Source: Eledone cirrhosa
Taxonomy: Eukaryota
Length of the DNA stretch: 50,141 bases
Direction of reading: 5' to 3'
Assembly: GCA_964016885.1 (NCBI GenBank)
Contig: CAXHJY010000735.1
Coordinates: forward strand, 1 to 50,141
The notes under the pieces were generated by a model. The model worked only from the letters and a program-made list of their open reading frames with translations. It was not told the origin of the DNA and made no database searches. Shown piece after piece: positions 1 through 17,158 of the stretch. Each line of letters opens with the position of its first letter. Position 1 is the first letter of the stretch. The translations under genes were made by a program, and so were the position numbers.

Positions 1-77
1 AAAACACTTGTTGATAGTGCAGTTTTAAATCAACATATGATATGTTGATTTAAAACTGCACTATCAACAAGTGTTTT
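1..77. repeat. Perfect inverted repeat, 37-bp arms with a 3-nt spacer (may extend beyond the window start)
   Basis: 1-37 aaaacacttgttgatagtgcagttttaaatcaacata is the exact reverse complement of 41-77; the spacer is tga. Confidence 0.95.
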
Positions 78-102
78 TTTTAGCCTTCATATCATGTTCT
101 CC

Positions 103-173
103 TGTTTTATCTGATGAAAACACAAATATTATTGTTTGATGATGTTTGTTTTTGAAATGCGCATAATAAAATA
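103..173 (+). ncRNA. Type I hammerhead ribozyme with extended stem II
   Basis: Stem I tgttttat(103-110)/ataaaata(166-173); core CTGATGA 111-117; long imperfect stem II 118-153; GAAA 154-157; palindromic stem III A-TGCGCA-T; cleavage triplet AUA (163-165). Confidence 0.8.
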
Positions 174-204
174 TATTGAACTCCTTTAACCATCTTTTGA
201 TCTT

Positions 205-714
205 ATATTATATATGTATATATATATGTATATATATATGTAATATATATATATATGTATATATATAAGTATATATATATATGTATATATATATATATGT
301 ATATATATATTATATATATATATATATTATATATAATGTATATATATATATTATATATATATGTATATATATATCATATATATATGTATATATATATATT
401 ATATATATATGTATATATATATCATATATATATGTATATATATATAATATATATATGTTAAATATTATATATATTATTATATATATGTATATATATATAT
501 ATATTATATATATATGTATATATATATATATTATATATATATGTATATATATATATATTATATATATATTATATATATATATATATTATATATATATTAT
601 ATATATATATATATTATATATATATTATATATTATGTATATATACATATATTATATATATATGTATATATATATATATTATATATATATGTATATATATA
701 TATTAATATATATG

Positions 715-745
<31 letters not shown>

Positions 746-883
746 GTATATATTATGTATATATATATATATATATTATGTATATATATATATATATTAT
801 ATATATATATATATATCATATATATATATATATATTATATATATATTATATATATATATATTATATATATATTATTATATATA

Positions 884-933
<50 letters not shown>

Positions 934-966
934 ATTATATATGTATATATATATATATTTATATGT

Positions 967-1006
<40 letters not shown>

Positions 1007-2223
1007 ATTATATATTATATATATTATATATATATGTATATATATATTTATTATATATATATATTATATATATATGTATATATATATTATATATATTATA
1101 TATATATATTATATATATATATTATATGTATATATTATATATATATGTATATATATATTATATATTATATATATATATTATATATATTATATTTATATAT
1201 TATATATATTATATTTATATATTATATATATATTATATATATATGTATATATATATTATATATATTATATTTATATAATAATATATATATTATATATATA
1301 TGTATATATATATTATATATATTATATTTATATATAATAATATATAATATTATATATATATATGTATATATATATTATATATATTATATTTATATATAAT
1401 ATATATATATTATATTTATATATTATATATATATATTATATTATATTATATTTATATATTATATATATATATTATATATATATTATATATATATATTACA
1501 TATATATTATATTTATATATTATTATATATTTTAATATATATTATTACATATATATTATAGTTTATATTATATATATATATATATATTATATCTATATAT
1601 TATATATATATTATATATATATGTTTATATATATATATTATATATATATATTATATATATATGTATATATATATTATATTATATATTATATATATATATT
1701 ATATATATATTATACATTTATATATATATTATATATTATATTATATATATATATTATATATATAGTATATATTATATATATATGTATATATATATATTAT
1801 ATATATATGTATATATATAATATATGTAATATATATTATTATATATATATATATTATATATATATGTATATATATATTATATATGTATATATATAATATA
1901 TGTATATATATATTATATATATATATATATTATATATATATGTATATATTTACTATATATATATATATATATTATATATATATGTATATATATATTATAA
2001 TGTATATATATATTATATATATATGTATATATATATAATATATATATAAATATATTAATATATATGTATATATATATTATATATATATATATTATATATA
2101 TATGTATATATATATATATATATTATATATATATGTATATATATATATATATATTATATATATATGTATATATATATATATGTATATATATATATTATAT
2201 ATATATGTATATATATATAAATA

Positions 2224-2275
<52 letters not shown>

Positions 2276-2308
2276 TATATATATATGTATATATATATAT
2301 ATTATATA

Positions 2309-2345
<37 letters not shown>

Positions 2346-2502
2346 TATATATATATATATATTATATTTATATGTATATATATATATATATTTATATATA
2401 TATTATATATATATATTATATTTATATGTATATATATATATATTATATATATTATATATATATGTATATATATATATGTATATATATATATGTATTATAT
2501 AT
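205..2502. repeat. (TA)n microsatellite interrupted by TG and TTA variants
   Basis: Seen directly in the sequence. Confidence 0.99.
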
Positions 2503-3749
2503 ACCTGGCTAAGACCAAAGTACTAGTTTGTAGGAAAGAAAACAAGGCGGCGGTCCCTTCTGGGAAATGGTCGTGCTCGGTGTGTAGGAAAGGCGTAGGT
2601 AGAAACTCCATTTTATGTCCTAAATGCAAAGTATGGGTGCATAAAAGATGTAGTGGGATCACAGGTAGGCTAACTAAGAACATAGATTTTACATGTGGCC
2701 GGTGCTCTGGTGCAATAAGTAGCAGCAAGTGCCCACAAACTACTAGCTCTTTCAATTGCGCAGAGGGTTCTATAGAAATAGTGGACAGCTTCCGTTACCT
2801 GGGCGATAAAATCAGCAGTGGGGGAGGGTGCTCTGAAAGTACTGTAGCTAGAGTCAGAACTGGTTGGAAAAAGTTCAGAGAGCTTATACCACTATTAGCT
2901 GCTAAAGGGTTCTCACTAAAAATGAAAGGCAGGTTGTACGATGCCTGCATACGAACAGCAATGCTGCATGGCAGTGAGACCTGGGCATTGTGTGCAGAGG
3001 ATATACGCAGACTAGAGAGGAACGAAGCTTGCATGCTCCGCTGGATGTGTAACAGTAATATACGTGAACGGCAAAGCATAAACGAACCTAAGGAATAAAT
3101 TAGAGATAAGAGGGATCAGATGTTGTTTACTCGAGAGAAGGCTACGTTGGTATGGACACGTGATGCGCATGAAAGTCGATAGCTGTATAACAAAGTGCAG
3201 GGCAATAAAGATAGACGGTAGTCACGGAATAGGCAGACCTAGAAAAACCTGGGACGAGCTGATAAACTCCGACATCACACACTTACACCTCTCCAAGACA
3301 ATGTCACTGGACCGAGACCTTTGGCGGTACTCAGTAACAGAGAAGACCCGCCTTACCTAAATATATAGTAAAACCTACTCCAGCCAGTAGCATCTCTAAC
3401 AAATACACCCCGTCCCACCACCCCCCACCCGATCCACACCACCCCGTTCTATGTAAAGTTATGTTGGTGCCGCGCCATCGAGGCCGAAACAAATGAGATC
3501 GTGTAGGTGTCACGACAAAAAAACACACAGTCCACGCTGTAATGTGGCCGTGTAGGCAACACGGTAAAAACCTCCCAGACCCACACTGTAAATGTGGTTG
3601 GTGTTAGGAAGGGCATCCAACTGTAGAAAACCTGCCAGACAGTCCTATGCGAGCAAGACAATCACTCTTGCCTCAAGTGGGACTACCCCCGTCCAAACCC
3701 ATGCAAGCGTGGAACACGGACGTTAAACGTTGATGATGATGATGATGAT
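2503..3749 (+). mobile_element. 5'-truncated RTE-clade LINE (RT C-terminus with PHD-type insert, 3' UTR, (GAT)n tail)
   Basis: Encodes LAKTKVL...IEIVDSFRYLGDKIS...ARVRTGWKKFREL...RRLRWYGHVMRM...GRPRKTW; frameshift near 3088; (GAT)n tail 3731-3749; near-identical to the copies at 27.2 and 32.7 kb. Confidence 0.95.
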
Positions 3750-6510
<2,761 letters not shown>

Positions 6511-6551
6511 GTAATAATAATAAAATTGAAGACTAAAATCCAAAGAGGACC

Positions 6552-7112
6552 ATGACTAAGTGCGGACCTCGTGCTTGTGACAGGTTCAGAAAAGAACTCA
6601 CAGCCTTCTTTAAAGGCTTGAACCTCTCTATACAGGTTGAGGCCAATCTCTTGTTCGTTAATTACCTCGACGTTACCCTCAATTTACGGCTTTCACACGC
6701 TAGCGCACCCTCTTGATTTAACCCATTTGGTCAGTAGCTTTTGCCACAGCCTATCACGCGCACGCGCATTCTTTCCCTCGTTTAAATTTAAATAATTTTC
6801 TCCCCATAACGGCATTCCTGTCTTAACGACATCACAACTTTGTCCGCTTGGCCTGTTCCCCCCCCCCCCCCCTTTGGAACTTTCCCCCGTTGATGGGTGT
6901 GAGCCCGAAATATTGGGATTAAATCTCTACTACGGCAACCCTTCTACCTTTGTTTTGTTTTCATCTTTGTCTCTCTCAATTTTCACTTTCACCTGTTTTT
7001 CCTATCTATCTTTCACTTTCTACCTCGAGATTTCCCTCTGCATTGTTGTGGCTTTCTTAAATACGTATTTTACACATTTCACAATGCTTCAAGCAAACTT
7101 TAACACCCTCAG
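6552..7112 (+). mobile_element. Penelope-like element remnant (short RT fragment joined to a 3' end with a degenerate hammerhead)
   Basis: 6552-6686 translates [41 protein letters not shown], which resembles the PLE RT segment ending in (F/Y)LDVTLNL; hammerhead-like motif at 6883-6918; embedded in (TA)n. Confidence 0.65.
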
Positions 7113-9190
<2,078 letters not shown>

Positions 9191-9369
9191 TATTCATATA
9201 TACACAGACAAGTGCAGTTAGAAATAAAACATAAAATAGTAATATAATGTGGCAAAAAAAGCCCAAGAAACACCGTATGTCAATATGGCGGCCCTACTAC
9301 TCTATCAGGAGTTGTGGGATCATACATATGTATATATCAATAAAAAATAACATGTGGGACAAATAATCT

Positions 9370-9626
9370 AAAGTCTGTCTTGAGCCAGAAAGCTCATCTG
9401 GCCGGTGCTTATCCCAGTTTCATGGCGTGAAGCGACTATCTTCAAGACTACCCACTGGACAGGTCGTCAGTCCTCCGCTATTGCTGGTACTCATTTTCAG
9501 CTGAGTATAGTGGAGCAACGTGAAATGGAGTGTTTTGCTCAAGAACACAACACGCAACCCAGGAATCGAACCCACAACATTATGATCCTAAGTCCAACAC
9601 CCCTTACCACTAGGTCACGTGCCTCC
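9370..9626 (-). mobile_element. tRNA-derived SINE
   Basis: The minus strand starts GGAGGCACGTGACCTAGTGG (A box) ... GGTTCGATTCC (B box), followed by a TTGTGTTCTTGAGCAAAACAC body; a degenerate relative lies at ~24990-25157. Confidence 0.8.
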
Positions 9627-10416
9627 ATGGGATAAATAATAGGCACAGAAAATTCGGAAAAGACGGACACATGGACAGTTTCCACTCATCTTTCTCTCTA
9701 TGCATCTTTCTATCTCTTTCTCCCTCATTCTTTGTTCTTACTGCTGTCTTACCTACAACCTTCCCATTAAACCTCTTTCTCACTCCTTTGTAATTTGACC
9801 ACCGAACTGATCAGTTCACTCTATTTTGTCTCTTCTTATCTACTGCAATAATTAATTCCAAGGCCATTTCTCAAACTAACTTCTATCAATCCCTTCTACC
9901 GTTACCTACCTACATATGTGCTGCAATTGACTGTAGCAATTCTCCTGTTCCGTAGATATTTCGTCTTGTTTTCCTGTAGACACCCAATCTGTATCATTGT
10001 TTTCTTGTCCAATATTTTCCTTTAGATACTAATGATGCACCGGAAAGAAAATATTGTCTTTAAAGGATCTTAAACTATGATGAATCCCAGAACACTGCCA
10101 ATGAGCGGGAATTGTCCTTGTATCCGTTTTTTCCGAATCTTCTATGCCTTACATTTGTCCGGTGTGCTATTTTGTTGTAGTTGATATTATCAATGTAAAT
10201 TTGAAATCCCAACTATACTTATACATATTACATTGAAATTACTTCTACGAGACTAGAACTGTTTCATACGAATGAAACAGTTCTAATTCTGTAGATGTCA
10301 TTTCTATATAAAATAAAAATGCTTATACTCTACTAATGTATTATACTCTACTAATGTATTAAATACATTTTTAAAACTGTGGTCATCTCCCGATATCCAC
10401 CGGGAATCCACCCATA

Positions 10417-10419
<3 letters not shown>

Positions 10420-10453
<34 letters not shown>

Positions 10454-10492
10454 GTGTGTGTGTGTGAGCGTGTGTGTGCGTGTGTGTGCGCG
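10420..10492. repeat. (TG)n microsatellite
   Basis: Seen directly in the sequence. Confidence 0.95.
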
Positions 10493-10849
10493 CAAGTATG
10501 TTTGTTGCATAAGAGCACAGGCACACACACGAGTGTGATGTGTGCGAGCATATGGACTTAGCCTTGCAACGTCATTAATTCATTGACTTGGATGTTAAAC
10601 AGACGAATAGTTAGTTTATGGTTGTATAATAGAATTAATAACTTATAATCGAGACATGATACTTCCTGGTCATCTGATGCGTAACCAATATCTCCATGAC
10701 AACATATCACCTACACCATCCTCAACATCATTATCAACACAACCAGGATGACAACATATTTTGTGTGTTCTATTGGGAATCCGTCGGCTCCGATAATGTG
10801 TATTCCATTTGTTCGAACAAAGACACAGCCTCCTCGAGAAATTAACTTG

Positions 10850-11290
10850 TGCCATTAACGTAGTTCTCGGGGAGATTCATTTGACACGGTGTATGACAAG
10901 GCTGGCCATCTGAATTATATGTACATACCATTTTGTATTATAGCTGCTGAGTATGTCACATACATGTGTACCCATAACTTAATTCTCAGTTAGATTCATG
11001 AGGATACCGAGACAAGGAGGGCTCTCTGAATTACAAACACAGCACATCTTTTATTGTAGTGCAAATAGCTGAGTATTCCACAGACACACCTACCATTAAC
11101 GTGATTCTCAGGTTCGTTCATTTGACAAACTTTTAAACAATATTCTATCTACCCAATTTTACTTACAAGGCTTGCGTAGAAATGAAGTTATGGTAAAAGA
11201 CACCAGCCCAAGATGCCACGCAGTGAGCTCAAAGCCTGCCCTAATCATTGTGAAGTGAATGTTTTAACCATTTTTCCATGTGCTAGTTAT
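10850..11290 (-). mobile_element. Degenerate SINE with about three internal tandem ~120-bp units
   Basis: The unit ccattaacgtagttctc...gattcatttgacac recurs at ~10852, ~10972 and ~11093; a decayed tRNA-like head lies at ~11200-11285. Confidence 0.5.
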
Positions 11291-11525
11291 ACTAAAAAGC
11301 CGCCCTTCAGTCATGACTGACCATGGGTTCGTACTTCAAGGCGCAATTCTGGGCAAAGTGTTTTTGTGGAAGATCACTTGCCTATGGATGCGATTCTTCT
11401 CTCTCCATGCTGCCTTCACACCCGATACATCGTAGTTCAACTAAGAACACAAAGGACTGATATAGCTTGGCATATGTTTCATCGTAGGTGAACTAAGAAC
11501 AAAAAAGACTGATACAGCTTGGCAT

Positions 11526-12053
11526 CTACTGTACGTCTGTATACATATATGTATGTACGTGTCCATACTTATATTTAAGTAACAGCCGTACCAAGAGTGG
11601 GAAATGAAATTTCGTTTCATTTTTTCCGTTTATCGTTTTCGGTGCACCTGGCCGATTAACCCACTCGATATGCAAATTGGGCTACTCAGCCGTTAATATG
11701 CATAAGGTAAGTATATACATTCAACAATCTGGCAGGAAGGTATACGTTGCTGACGATAGCTAATAAGCTTGAAACTAGTACAGCGTTCCTTTGTCAGTGT
11801 TGAACAAACGAGCAACGATGGTTGCTGAACACTACGGCTTAATACGGGATGTTTGTTTACAAACACACCGAGCATTATAATAAATGTTCGGTGAATCCAT
11901 ACGTACATATATATATGTGTGCATGTATGTATATATATATTCATACTACTGTACGTCTGTATACATATATATATGTACGTGTCCATACTTATATTTAAGT
12001 AACAGCCGTACCAAGAGTGGGAAATGAAATTTCGTTTCATTTTTTCCGTTTAT
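11526..12053 (+). mobile_element. Retrozyme-like non-coding repeat, 420-bp monomer, about 1.26 copies
   Basis: 11526-11633 is repeated at 11946-12053 (period 420, one mismatch seen); it contains the hammerhead at 11744-11786 and ends in (TA)n. Confidence 0.8.
11744..11786 (+). ncRNA. Type I hammerhead ribozyme
   Basis: acgttg-CTGACGA-t-agct-aata-agct-t-GAAA-CTAG-TA-cagcgt: stem I acgttg/cagcgt, palindromic stem III ACTAGT, GUA cleavage site. Confidence 0.85.
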
Positions 12054-12176
12054 ATATATATATATATACGTAAAACCAAAACTGAATACTAACCAATACT
12101 ATTACTAATTCTTACTTATTCCTAATTAAACTATTTTTCACTGTGAACAATTTCTCAGCATTTTCTTTTCCATTTA

Positions 12177-12246
<70 letters not shown>

Positions 12247-12617
12247 TCAGCGTAAGCCTATGCAATCATAATATTATAATATAACAATAGTTCACAAGCC
12301 TTAGAGTACCTACACACACACACACGTCATCCAACCTGTCTAATCTCATAACTTAACAAACCGTTAAACTCATGCCAGCACGAAAACAAATATAAGACGA
12401 TCTGTGTATATGTGTGCATGTATGCGTGTCAATGTAAACATGTGTCAATGTAAACGATATATGTCTGGACATACAAACGATATATGTCTGGATATACAAA
12501 CAAACGAATATTGTGTACATATATATATAGATTTAAATACAAACTCTTAGGTGTTAAAATTGTGCAGTACTTATGTAAGAATTATGCTTTTTTTACCGAG
12601 AAACATTATCAATATAT

Positions 12618-12800
12618 GGTGAATTGGCAGTATCGGTAGAGGGTCGGACATGCTTTCCTGCATAGTTACGTCCCTTTATGATCTGAGTTCAAATCCCTCT
12701 AAGGTTAACTTTGCCTTTCATCTGTACGGGGTCGATAAAATAAAGTACCAGTAATGTACTGATAATTGCTGGCCTTGTGCCAAAAGTAGAAACAATTATC
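12618..12800 (+). mobile_element. tRNA-derived SINE (abundant family)
   Basis: TGGCAGTATCGG A box, GAGTTCAAATCC B box, body ending ggccttgtgccaaaagtagaaacaattat; the reverse complement of the copies at 17-19 kb and 38 kb. Confidence 0.85.
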
Positions 12801-13179
12801 AATATATACCTATGTATTGATTAAACCTAAAATCAACTTATTTCTATTCTCTAAATTAGTTTGAGTTGACTAAAATGGATTCACCTAGAGTTCTTTCTAG
12901 CATTCCTTAAGACCTGTCCTGTTTCATCTACCCTTCTATAAAACGTTATAGTTACACTATGTGGCGATTATTTAAATATTTTCTTCCAAGAGTAGATGAC
13001 TAGTATTTTAATGCAAGCGTGAGACCATAACATACCGGCAAAGAGAATCATGCTCTTAATGATGTTTATCAAAATCGATAATTGGTGATCGATACTAATT
13101 ACAGTAATCGAAGGCAGACATTCAATTTCTGATTCTCAGAAACAGATCTGTCTATTTAAGTACAGCATAATTTTAACAC

Positions 13180-13735
13180 CTAAGAGTATGTATTTCTTCG
13201 TGCCTGCTTGTACCGCAAGTGCAAGGAGGGCTTATTTCCAAGCCAAGCTTCGTAAGCCTCCTTCTTTGCTCGGATGGCAACTTTGACCTCTTTATTGAAC
13301 CAAGGGGCCCTCTTGCCATCCGGCGCCACACCAAGCCTCTTTAGCTCGCAGCATTTAACAGCTGAACCAGAAACTGCTGCGCTGAACAATCTCCACACTG
13401 TTTTAACATCCTCAGTTTGCTCAGATACATGAAAGGCACGGAGAATCGCAACAGACAGTAAAGGCGTCTAGTTAAGGCATGGAAGGATTATTAAGAACGC
13501 GTGTGGGGTTCTCCTCTCTTCAGAGAGATGCATCCTCGCAAGGCGGAGAGAATACTTTGCTGATCTCCTAAACCCGATCACAATAGCATCTTCTGATGTA
13601 CATGGGGTGCATCGGGGAGCATTGACTAATCTCTCACAGGCTGAGGTCACAAGAGCAGTTAATGAGCTCAAATGTGACAAGGCCGCTCGGGAAGATGAAA
13701 TCCAGCTCGAGATGTTAAAAGCTGCTGATGGGGAT
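13180..13735. mobile_element. RTE-like LINE fragments in inverted orientation (endonuclease-RT linker)
   Basis: Minus strand WFNKEVKVAIRAKKEAYEAWL...RYKQARRN; plus strand REYFADLLN...EVTRAVNELKCDKAAREDEIQLEMLKA, which is the downstream part of the same protein region. Confidence 0.7.
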
Positions 13736-13759
13736 TCTACAGTAGTAGCCAAACATAAA

Positions 13760-13910
13760 ACGCCTGCTCTGGCTTCTAATACCATCAGAATTCCCAAATT
13801 TGTTCAAAAGGTGCAGAAAAGTATCGCTAAGAACCTCAAAGTCAATTAGCGCCATTGCTAAGGACCTCAAAAGCTTGAGGCATACAATTGAAAGAATTGT
13901 GCATGAGTCC
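13760..13910 (+). pseudogene. Tc1/mariner transposase N-terminal HTH fragment
   Basis: RIPKFVQKVQKSI, then a frameshift, then KSISAIAKDLKSLRHTIERIVHE, resembling the mariner/maT HTH S.RAIAKDL.VS..TIRR.VHE. Confidence 0.5.
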
Positions 13911-14024
13911 AGGATCAACAACAGGCAGCAACTAACCCCCATCTTCAATGACTTTGAGATCTATGTATCTCTCTGTCAGCCGAAGGTGGAGAGGGAGTGA
14001 CTGTCATGTTTCAGAAAAACCTGC

Positions 14025-17000
14025 ATCTCGAAGTACAGCAAGTACACTTGGACCGGAGGGTAGACTGGTAGTCCTAGACGTGAACAGTATTGGAGGTGGA
14101 GCCTTTAGACTGGTGGCCGTTTATGCCCCGACCGGGCAATCACAATCGCGGCCAGACTTCTTTAAGCGCATAGAGTCTTTTCTGGGAACGTCTCGCTCCT
14201 TGCTTTTCGTGGGGGACTGGAATGGTATCCTAGATGCACGATGGGACTATGTGGGAGCATGTCCCAGTAGAGCGGGGTGCAACAGCCTCAAAAATCTAAT
14301 CGGCCAATTCCAACTGGCCGATAGATATCGACAAGATTTCTCGACTGCACCACAGTGCACGTGGGCAAACCGAAGCGGGACATCTAGATCGTATCTAGAT
14401 AGGTTTTTCATTAGAGAAAAGGACAAGAAGATGTTAAGCTGTCCACAAATGCACATGGTTGCCTATTCAGATCACAAACTAGTCGTCTGCATAGTCAACC
14501 GTGATAGAATACATAGACAAGGACCCGGATACTGGAAGCTAAACGTATCGTTGCCGGCAGGAAAAGCCTACAATGAACGGATAAGTAGATTAGTTAAGCA
14601 AGAGTTGACGGGAGCCATCGTCAACAATAGATGGTGGTACTCTCTCAAGAAAGCAATTAGAGTAGAATCGATAGGGTTTAGCAGAGAATTAGCTTTAGAG
14701 AAAAAAAATCAGAAACAGAACTAGTAGCCAAGGTAGAAGAGGCGCTTAGGAGTGGCAACGCAGCTAGAGTGCTAGCATCGAGAACGGCACTGGACCAGTT
14801 CTTCGACGTGAAACACGAAGGCTGCGTGCTCTAGGAAACGAGGGAGCAAAAGCTGTTAGCTGGGCCCGAGTGGCGGAAGCGAAAAGTGGCAACAAGTTCA
14901 CGATTCGGTCTTTGAAAGACCAAAACGGACGCCTGCTACTTGATCCCAGGCAGATGTGCGCGGCCTTTCAGCGGCACTTTGCGCGACTGTTTGAGCAGAA
15001 CGACGGTGCACCGAACGGGGCAATGGACTTTGGTTCATACCTCGCCGGTCTGCCACATCTCTCGAGCATGGACGCCGAGTTCTTCGAAAGACCGATCACA
15101 GCCACTGAGATACGGGAAACGCAAATCACCCGGTCTAGATGGTCTACCCTATGAGTTTTACATAGGTATGCCGGACTTGTTCTCTGGCGTCCTCGAAGCC
15201 GTCTACTGCAATTGGCAGCAGAACGGGACAATTCCCAGCTCTGCAGGCAAGGGCATAGTAACGCTGATGAGGAAAGACGAGAAAAAGGGGGACGAAATAA
15301 ACAATTTCAGGCCCATAACTCTGCTCAACACAGAGTTAAAGATTTTGGCCAAGGTGCTAGCAACGAGGCTGGCGCTTGTCATCGAAAACCTGGTAGGGCA
15401 AGAGCAAACGTGTGCAATCCCGACCAGGTCCATACACGACAACCTCCACCTCATGCGATACATCATAGAGAAGGTGGGTAGTAAACCCGGCCTCGGTGGG
15501 GCTCTGATCAATTTAGATCAGTCTAAGGCATTCAATAGGGTCGACCATCGATACTTGGAAGCGGTTCTCAAGGCGGCCGGTTTCGGTCCCGTTTCCAGAG
15601 GCTGGATCAAGGCGATGCACACCAGCATCTGCTCGAAGGTCAAGGTGAACGGCTACCTATTGGAGCCGTTCGCAATCACGCGTTCCATTCGACAGGGATG
15701 CCCTCTCTCCTCCATTCTGTACGTACTGACTCTAGAGTCACTACTGCGGAAGTTGGAGCTTTTGCAGGGCATCCCTTTAGAACCGGGACTGCGAAAAGCG
15801 GCGTTAGCTTATGCCGACGACGTGACGGTAATGGTGTCGAAAACCCCGGAAATCGAGATAATTGGCAACCTACTACAGGAATACGAAAGGTTCACAGGAG
15901 CAAAACTAAACTCGGACAAGCCTGTAGGTTTGCAATTCGGAACGTGGAAAGGCAAACCGATGCCGTCCGACAGCGTCGTCGGACGCTGGACGGAAGGACC
16001 GGTGAAATTGCTCGGGGTCTGGTTCGGTCCAAACCTCCAGGTGGAGAAAAATTGTAACGAGGTCATGGCCAAGGTATTTGCGCTCACCCAGAAGTGGGCA
16101 GAGTGCAAACTGTCTTTGAAAGGTCGAGCAGAGGTGGCGAACACTTTCATAGAGTCTGTCATCTACTACCGCTTCACTGTTGTGCCTTGTCCCCGTGAAT
16201 ACCTCACCAAAATGGAACGCATGCTCTTCCAGTTCCTGTGGAAGAAGCAGGCTCCACTGGTGAGGAGATCCGTCTGCTGTCAACACCCTTCCAACAGAGG
16301 GCTGGGCATGCTGTGGCTAATGATGCGCAAACATGCGAGCTCACCAGTCTGTTTGGGCGGACTTTCCGCTCGGGACCTATGGACAACTTCCAGAGGTCCC
16401 TAGCCTGGCAGTGCTACCGAGGAGCTCTACCCGTTCGAGACAAGATCTACAGGCACGGACGCCCCGGCAGGGATCCTTCCAAGAGGACGTGTCCAAGATG
16501 CGAGCAGGACATTGAAACCGTCTTGCACGCAATTGTACACTGCCCGGGCGTAAGCGACCTGTGGAACTATGCAGAACAACTGCTGTCGCGTATGGGACAA
16601 ATCCAGTTGACTGCCGAGTCCATAGTAAGGATCAAACCGCCAGCCTCTTTCAAAAACGAAAGAGAGGCGGTTTTCCTCTACAGTGGCTATGGTGAAAGAG
16701 GTTATATGGTGGACGAGATTGAGAGGACTGAGGACAGATGCCTTTCTCTCTGGACAACAATTGATTCCCTTCTTTAAGTATCACTTTAGAAGGAGAATCA
16801 GAGTGGAGAGAGAGGCACTGCACCCCAGTAAATTTACTGAAAGGTGGGTGAATGAAGCGAAAATGGCCCGAGTGATTGGGCCTTCCCTGTTTATAAGCCT
16901 GTAGGTTAAAGAAGAGAGCAAAAGGAAGAAGGGTGCACCTGCACAACACGCTCCTGAAGTTGAGGGTTGTTCTATCGACGAGGTATTAAACAACCCATTT

Positions 17001-17137
17001 GTGGCGCCTCCTCCGTATTGGGGATTTCGATTGTTATAATTGTTTGTTTCAATATTTTTACACGACTGTATGTAAAATCCCCGGCATGTGTCTGTATTGT
17101 CCCCTTTTCTTGTGCGCCCTTGTGGCAAATAAAGAAA
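14025..17137 (+). mobile_element. 5'-truncated, frameshifted Tx1/L1-clade LINE (APE endonuclease, RT, C-terminal zinc knuckle)
   Basis: APE motifs GRLVVLD, AVYAP, GDWN, SYLDRFF, SDHKLV, GYWKLN; RT motifs FRPITLLN, LDQSKAF, QGCPLS, YADD; CPRC...ETVLHAIVHC; AATAAA at 17128-17133. Confidence 0.93.
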
Positions 17138-17158
17138 TATATCTATCTGTATCTATAT

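Noticed and set aside
9540-9626. tRNA gene candidates (also the heads at 12.6, 17.3, 18.8 and 38.0 kb)
   Set aside because: A and B boxes are present but there is no complete cloverleaf, and they continue into repeated SINE bodies.
10670-10855. 61-aa minus-strand ORF as a possible host exon
   Set aside because: No recognisable homology or convincing splice signals.
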